A DNA stretch of 11,361 nt from Methanobacteriaceae archaeon (GTDB taxonomy: Archaea > Methanobacteriota > Methanobacteria > Methanobacteriales > Methanobacteriaceae). A model generated the notes under the pieces. The model searched no databases. It had not been told where the DNA came from and saw only the letters and a program-made list of their open reading frames with translations. This document shows, piece by piece, positions 6,376-11,361 of this stretch. The stretch lies in the NCBI GenBank assembly GCA_003558085.1, contig PWMT01000031.1:1-11361 (forward strand), given 5' to 3'. The first letter of the stretch is position 1, and each line of letters begins with the position of its first letter. The position numbers and the translations under genes are program-made.

Positions 6376-8004
6376 TTGCTATTATTTGGGGGTAATAATA
6401 TATCTAACATTTATAAAATAGGTCTGATCCTGTTACTATCAACCATAATATTTCTTTCTGCATCAGAGAATTTTATTCTTTCTCAGGAAACTGATAATAA
6501 CACTTTAAATGATTCTAATAACATTTCTGTTAATTTAACTAATCAAATTAATGAGATCACAAATACTACCACTTATAAACATTCTAGTTGGGGCATTCTG
6601 ATCCAGGATCAGGATAGCGGTGAAATTATTTATGATAAAAATTCCCAGGAGTTAATGGTTCCTGGCTCCACTACTAAGCTTTTCATTGCTGCAGCTGCCT
6701 TGGAAAACTTCGGACCTGATTATAGATTCCAAACACCAGTATATTATAATGGCACCGTTGACTTAGCAGGTACTCTTAAAGGAGATTTAATTCTTGTTGC
6801 TAGCGGAGATTTAACTATGGGGGGAAGAAATACTCCTGATGGTAGAATGGCATTTACTCATCCAGATCACTCCTATGCGGATGCTCTGGGAGATGCTAAA
6901 TTAACTGATACTGATCCATTAACTGGTTTAAATGAATTAGCCCAACAGGTTAAAGCATCAGGAATCAATAAAGTTGAAGGTGAGGTTATCATCGATGACC
7001 GTCTTTATGAGATAACCATGGCTCCTACCGGAGAGTATTTAATCACACCGATTATGATAAACGACAACCTCATCGACTTGGAAATAATACCTACTAATCC
7101 TGGAGAAAACGCCACTATTAAAGTAAGACCCCCCAGTGGTTTGTATAATGTATCTTCACAGGTGGAGACCATTTCCTCTGGTGAAGAAAATATAATTATT
7201 GAATCAGAAGGATATAACATTTTAATTAAGGGCCAGATCCTAGAAAATTCAACTCCCCAAGTTAGAACGGTTACAGTGGAAGATCCATCTTCATGGACTC
7301 GCAGTCTTTTCATTGAAGCCTTGGAAAGGGAGGGAGTGCAAGTAAATGCAACCAAAGATGGTGAAAACCCTCAGCAATTATTACCTAATGAAAATGAATA
7401 TATTGATAATCAAAAGTTAGCATCATTTACTTCCCTACCCTTTTCTGAGAATATCAAAGTTATGTTGAAACTTTCACATAATATTCACGCCGATAATCTG
7501 GTGGCGATACTGGCAGCATATAATGATCTGAAAACTTTTGATGAGGGCATGCAACTTAAAGGAAACTTTGTGGAGAGAACAGGAATAGATAGAAATACAC
7601 TAGCTCTAGCAGATGGTCGGGGTGGTGCTTCTTCTGATCGGATAAGTCCTCAAGCAACTAACCAACTTTTAAATTTCATGCAAAACCAAGACTATTTCTC
7701 CTCCTACTTTGAGGCTTTACCTATAATGGGATATGATGGAACCCTAGAAGACGCAGTTCCCACTGATAGTTCCATTTATGCTAATATTTACACTAAAACT
7801 GGAACTGCTATTGAGGAAGATAAACTAAACAATCGTGGTATCTCATTAGGCCAATCCATGGCCGGTTATATGGTAACTGATAGTGGTAGAAAACTTATTT
7901 TTTCCATATTCGTCAACAATGTAGCCTTGGAAGAAGAGGAAGATCATAATTTAGTATCACAGGATATGTATGATGTTCTAGAGATAGCCTATAAACTACT
8001 ATAA
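6376..8004 (+). CDS. dacB: D-alanyl-D-alanine carboxypeptidase/endopeptidase family protein (peptidase S13, PBP4/DacB-like), exported; start codon uncertain
   Basis: SxxK (PGSTTK, 6667-6678), SxN (SHN, 7474-7482), KTG (7795-7803); also FGPDYRFQT, GDLILVASGD, LPIMGYDGTL, SMAGY..GRKLIFSIFVN; N-terminal hydrophobic signal/anchor. Confidence 0.92.
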   Translation: MLLFGGNNISNIYKIGLILLLSTIIFLSASENFILSQETDNNTLNDSNNISVNLTNQINEITNTTTYKHSSWGILIQDQDSGEIIYDKNSQELMVPGSTTKLFIAAAALENFGPDYRFQTPVYYNGTVDLAGTLKGDLILVASGDLTMGGRNTPDGRMAFTHPDHSYADALGDAKLTDTDPLTGLNELAQQVKASGINKVEGEVIIDDRLYEITMAPTGEYLITPIMINDNLIDLEIIPTNPGENATIKVRPPSGLYNVSSQVETISSGEENIIIESEGYNILIKGQILENSTPQVRTVTVEDPSSWTRSLFIEALEREGVQVNATKDGENPQQLLPNENEYIDNQKLASFTSLPFSENIKVMLKLSHNIHADNLVAILAAYNDLKTFDEGMQLKGNFVERTGIDRNTLALADGRGGASSDRISPQATNQLLNFMQNQDYFSSYFEALPIMGYDGTLEDAVPTDSSIYANIYTKTGTAIEEDKLNNRGISLGQSMAGYMVTDSGRKLIFSIFVNNVALEEEEDHNLVSQDMYDVLEIAYKLL

Positions 8005-8058
8005 TTAAGGAGATAAACATTGAGATTGATCAAAAGAAATAGAATAGGAGAATATGCA

Positions 8059-8256
8059 ATGAGCAAAAAATATGATGAAGATAAAGCCTTTGAAGCAGCA
8101 TTAAAAGGAAAAATGGGATGGAAATGTGATTGTTCATTGGAAATTGTAGATAAAAAATCCAGTTTAAAAGAAATACGATGCACTAAATGTGGCAAGCTAT
8201 TCAAATCTAACCGGGATAAAGAGCTATGCTTTTCCTGTGAAACCAGTCGCAAATGA
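8059..8256 (+). CDS. Small Cys-rich, putative zinc-finger protein (alternative TTG start at 8020)
   Basis: CDC, CTKCGK and CFSC motifs; AGGAGA precedes both TTG 8020 and ATG 8059. Confidence 0.7.
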   Translation: MSKKYDEDKAFEAALKGKMGWKCDCSLEIVDKKSSLKEIRCTKCGKLFKSNRDKELCFSCETSRK

Positions 8257-8319
8257 TATTAAATACCGATACTAATTTTACCTATAATAAATAAATCCAG
8301 TCCAAAGGGAGCTAATCGA

Positions 8320-8871
8320 ATGATAACCTATATTCTTATCGCCATAATTATAATAATATTTCTAGCAGTTTTAGTGGGAATGTACAATAGTCTAGTTCAA
8401 TTAAGAAATCGGGTGAGAAATGCATGGTCTCAAATTGATGTTCAACTTAAAAGAAGAACAGATTTAATTCCTAATCTACTGGAAACAGTTAAAGGATATG
8501 CTCAATATGAAAAGGGAGTAATGGAAAATGTTACCAAGGCACGTTCCAGTTTAATTAATGCGGAGACAGTTAAGGAAAATCAAGAAGCGAATAACCAATT
8601 AACTAGTGCCTTGAAAAGTCTTTTTGCGGTAGCAGAAAATTATCCAGACTTAAAGGCCAGTGAAAATTTTCAGGATTTACAAAAACAGCTTGCTGAAACT
8701 GAAGATAAAATCGCCTACTCTCGACAATTCTACAATGACACGGTTTTAAAGTACAATAATAAGTGTCAAATGTTCCCTAGTAATATTATTGCCAACCTTT
8801 TCAACTTCATACAAGCTGATTTCTTTGAAACTGTAGAAACAGAAAGATCTGTTCCAGAAATAGAATTTTAG
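8320..8871 (+). CDS. lemA: LemA family protein
   Basis: N-terminal TM helix; [67 protein letters not shown]. Confidence 0.97.
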   Translation: MITYILIAIIIIIFLAVLVGMYNSLVQLRNRVRNAWSQIDVQLKRRTDLIPNLLETVKGYAQYEKGVMENVTKARSSLINAETVKENQEANNQLTSALKSLFAVAENYPDLKASENFQDLQKQLAETEDKIAYSRQFYNDTVLKYNNKCQMFPSNIIANLFNFIQADFFETVETERSVPEIEF

Positions 8872-8880
8872 AGAGGGGGA

Positions 8881-10695
8881 ATGTTTATCTGGACTCAAAA
8901 AAAATATATCGCCCTATTCTTTCTATTTTTAATATTAATTTCTTTTATACCAGCAATTAGCTATGCTCAAGATGAAGATAGAAGTTATAGTATTCCCCGA
9001 GCCAATATCGATCTATTCATACAGGAAGACGGTACTCTACAAGTAAGGGAGACCTTATATTATTCTTTCTCAGGTACTTATAATGGAATATTTAGGGATA
9101 TTCCCCTAAAAAACGGGGAAAGCATAGAAAACCTCAATATAGATACCAGAGGAGCATTCTCATCCTATGAAATTAAGCAAGAAAGCGACATGCTTCATTT
9201 AAAGGTTTTTTTATATGCTGATGCTGAAAAAACGAGGCCTATAACTGATAGGGATGTGGAAGTGGTTATCACCTATGACTTTATCAATCTCATCACGATC
9301 TACAATGATGTTGGAGAACTTCACTATAAAATGTGGGGTGAAGACTGGGAAGTGGAAGTGGGAGAAGTAATCACCAACGTTTATTTCCCCTCAGATAAAG
9401 GAGTTAGATATTGGTTAAACCCACCCTATTTTGTTAAAAGTTCCAGCTGGCAAAGTCCAGTGCTTAACATAATAAGTACACCTATACCTGCAGGGAACTG
9501 GTTTGAAATCAGGGCGGCTATACCCCTAGAACAATTCTCCAATCCCATCTTTGCACAACAGGTAGACTTAGATGGGCTTACAGAGATGGAAAGAATACAG
9601 CAGGAATATGAAGATGAATTAAATTTTTATACTTCACTATATTCTTTTTTAGCAGTTATAATGCTTTTAAGCATAATAACTCCTTTCATCCTATATTCCA
9701 AATACGGTAGGCAACCGGAAATCAACTATCAAGGAGAATATGAACGAGAACTTCCAAGCGATGATCCTCCAGCTGTGGTTAATGCTATATCAGGAAATAG
9801 TTTAGGAAAAAAGGTGGGAAATCCTAATATGGATGGTTATAGAGCCACTATAATGGATTTGATTAATCGAAAATATTTAAAATTGGGAGAATTACCTTCC
9901 AGTGAAGATAAAAAAGAAGAATCAATATATCTCGAAATTAACCAAGATAAAGATATAAATCAGCTAAATTTCTTTGAAAAAGATGTGATAAGTTTTCTAA
10001 ATTATTTTGAACGGGATGGAATAATTCGTCTGGATAAAATCAAAAACGATCTAAAAAATAAAAAAGTGGCCAAGTCTTTTAAAGAATCATATGAACTATG
10101 GGAGCAAGACTTAAAAAATCAGTTTTTAAATAAAAAACAACTTAAAAAATTCTTTATCAGTACAGGAAACACCTATCTCAAAATTTATGGTTTCATAGGA
10201 TTAATATTAGCCTTCTTTGTTTTCATATTCACCTTATTAGATCCTTTACCAGCAGCAAGATATGCCCTATTTTCTTCAGTGGTGCTGGGAGTGGTGGCTA
10301 TAATATCACTTGCCCTGCCTCAGAAAGTGGCTGGTAGATGGACTCCTTTTGGTCGAGAATATGATTCCAAATGGCAAAACTTTAAAAAATTTATTCAGGA
10401 CTTTTCTTTAATAAAAGAACACCCTCCCGAATCAGTGGTGATCTGGAACCATTATCTAGTCTATGCAACTGCACTAGGAGTGGCAGATGAGGTCCGTAAA
10501 ACCATGGAGATGTCATTACCTGTGGAAGAATTATCGCGAAGCGATATTTATCTTTTCCACTACTATGGAGGTTATACTCTATTATCTTCAAGTTTAAATA
10601 CTGGTATGTCTACAGCTACCGGTGGAAGTGGCGGTTCTGGTGGTGTCGGCGGTGTCGGCGGAGGATCTGGTGGTGGTGGAGGCGGAGCATTTTAG
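8881..10695 (+). CDS. DUF2207 domain membrane protein
   Basis: Signal peptide; DGTLQVRET..YNGIFRDIP extracellular domain; YERELP..DPPAVV; ATIMDLINRKYL; WQNFKKFI..WNHYLVYATALGVAD; poly-Gly tail ending GGGSGGGGGGAF; directly downstream of lemA, the usual pairing. Confidence 0.93.
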   Translation: MFIWTQKKYIALFFLFLILISFIPAISYAQDEDRSYSIPRANIDLFIQEDGTLQVRETLYYSFSGTYNGIFRDIPLKNGESIENLNIDTRGAFSSYEIKQESDMLHLKVFLYADAEKTRPITDRDVEVVITYDFINLITIYNDVGELHYKMWGEDWEVEVGEVITNVYFPSDKGVRYWLNPPYFVKSSSWQSPVLNIISTPIPAGNWFEIRAAIPLEQFSNPIFAQQVDLDGLTEMERIQQEYEDELNFYTSLYSFLAVIMLLSIITPFILYSKYGRQPEINYQGEYERELPSDDPPAVVNAISGNSLGKKVGNPNMDGYRATIMDLINRKYLKLGELPSSEDKKEESIYLEINQDKDINQLNFFEKDVISFLNYFERDGIIRLDKIKNDLKNKKVAKSFKESYELWEQDLKNQFLNKKQLKKFFISTGNTYLKIYGFIGLILAFFVFIFTLLDPLPAARYALFSSVVLGVVAIISLALPQKVAGRWTPFGREYDSKWQNFKKFIQDFSLIKEHPPESVVIWNHYLVYATALGVADEVRKTMEMSLPVEELSRSDIYLFHYYGGYTLLSSSLNTGMSTATGGSGGSGGVGGVGGGSGGGGGGAF

Positions 10696-10714
10696 CTTCC
10701 TTCCTTTATTTTTT
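10696..10714 (+). terminator. Pyrimidine/oligo-T tract after the DUF2207 gene
   Basis: CTTCCTTCCTTTATTTTTT immediately after the TAG. Confidence 0.4.
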
Positions 10715-10773
10715 AGATAACCATGAAAAACTTTAAAATTTTATATTAAAAAGTAAGTTTATAGGATGACATT

Positions 10774-11253
10774 ATGGAATATAATAAAAAGCAGGGCATG
10801 ATCCCTGCTTTAACCAGCCTAATATTAATTTCTATTTTAGTGATAACTGTAGGATCTTTCTTAATCTACAATCAGCGAATAATTGGCCCGATATTAATTT
10901 TACTGGGTTTAGTGCCTCTGCTTCCCATAAAAATTTCAGGTAGAACCATTAAATCCACTGGTGCAGATATTATTTTCGGTGTTTTAGATACAGGTATTCT
11001 GGCTGTGGCTGCACTTATAGGTGCAAGTTTTGCTGGGATACTGGGGGCCATAGTTGGAGGGGCCATTGGTGATTCTATAACTGATGGATTTGCAGGATTA
11101 ATTGAGGGAAATATTGCTGATTATTTAAGAAAACATGGTATTGAAGAGGCTAGAACACCTCTAAGTGCATCCATGGGGAAGATGAGTGGTTGTCTGATGG
11201 GTGTGGGCTTTACTCTAACAGTGGCCTGGACCTTATTAAATTACACCATCTAA
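10774..11253 (+). CDS. Hypothetical membrane protein, possibly VIT1/CCC1-TMEM65-like
   Basis: About 5 hydrophobic segments, Gly-rich, with membrane-embedded acidic residues in IIFGVLDTGIL and GDSITDGFAGLIEG. The CDS is firm; the family is tentative. Confidence 0.75.
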   Translation: MEYNKKQGMIPALTSLILISILVITVGSFLIYNQRIIGPILILLGLVPLLPIKISGRTIKSTGADIIFGVLDTGILAVAALIGASFAGILGAIVGGAIGDSITDGFAGLIEGNIADYLRKHGIEEARTPLSASMGKMSGCLMGVGFTLTVAWTLLNYTI

Positions 11254-11264
11254 GCTTAGATAAC

Positions 11265-11361
11265 ATTATTAGCATAGGATAACCATGAAAAAAAAATCTG
11301 GTTTTGTAGGAAATATTATTAGCTATACTTAAACCATGAAAAAAAAATCTGGCATGTAAGG
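11265..11361 (+). repeat. Imperfect tandem repeat, ~50-bp unit, at least 2 copies, runs to the window edge
   Basis: ATTATTAGC at 11265 and 11315; identical 21-mer AACCATGAAAAAAAAATCTGG at 11281-11301 and 11332-11352; both followed by a TGTA(A)GG-like tail. Confidence 0.85.

Noticed and set aside
7005..7355. 116-aa minus-strand ORF
   Set aside because: Antisense shadow inside the dacB-like gene.
7989..8252. 87-aa minus-strand ORF
   Set aside because: Overlaps the Cys-rich plus-strand ORF, which has RBS and motif support and matches neighbouring gene orientation.
10621..10686. GC-rich GGN repeat as a foreign element or microsatellite
   Set aside because: It encodes the poly-Gly tail typical of DUF2207 proteins.
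10391..11066. Minus-strand ORFs 10391-10591 and 10872-11066
   Set aside because: Antisense to the DUF2207 and membrane-protein genes, with no independent support.
11265..11361. CRISPR array
   Set aside because: Only two units are visible, the core is an A-rich 21-mer, inter-core sequence resembles the flanks rather than being a unique spacer, and no core cas genes are in the window.

Overview
AT-rich archaeal chromosomal DNA, most consistent with a Methanobacteriales methanogen. This is inferred from BRE/TATA-like promoters, GGTGA/GGAGG ribosome-binding sites, oligo-T terminators, split glutamate-synthase domains and the gene repertoire; there is no marker gene in the window. In order, it holds: the 3' end of an unknown gene; a CDF metal transporter; a small PD-(D/E)XK-like protein; a 73-aa hypothetical; a Csa3-like (degenerate CARF + winged-HTH) regulator divergent from a two-gene glutamate-synthase-like operon (GXGXG domain, then an FMN domain fused to a six-cluster polyferredoxin, with no amidotransferase gene); a DUF308/HdeD membrane protein; an exported PBP4/DacB-family peptidase with intact catalytic motifs; a small Cys-rich Zn-finger-like protein; a lemA-DUF2207 pair; a VIT1/TMEM65-like membrane protein; and a ~50-bp tandem repeat at the right edge. 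I see no rRNA, tRNA, CRISPR array or transposase. The best leads are the CARF-HTH regulator facing the amidotransferase-less Fe-S/FMN operon and the penicillin-binding-protein homolog in a probable pseudomurein-walled archaeon. All family calls are from motif recognition by eye, not database searches.
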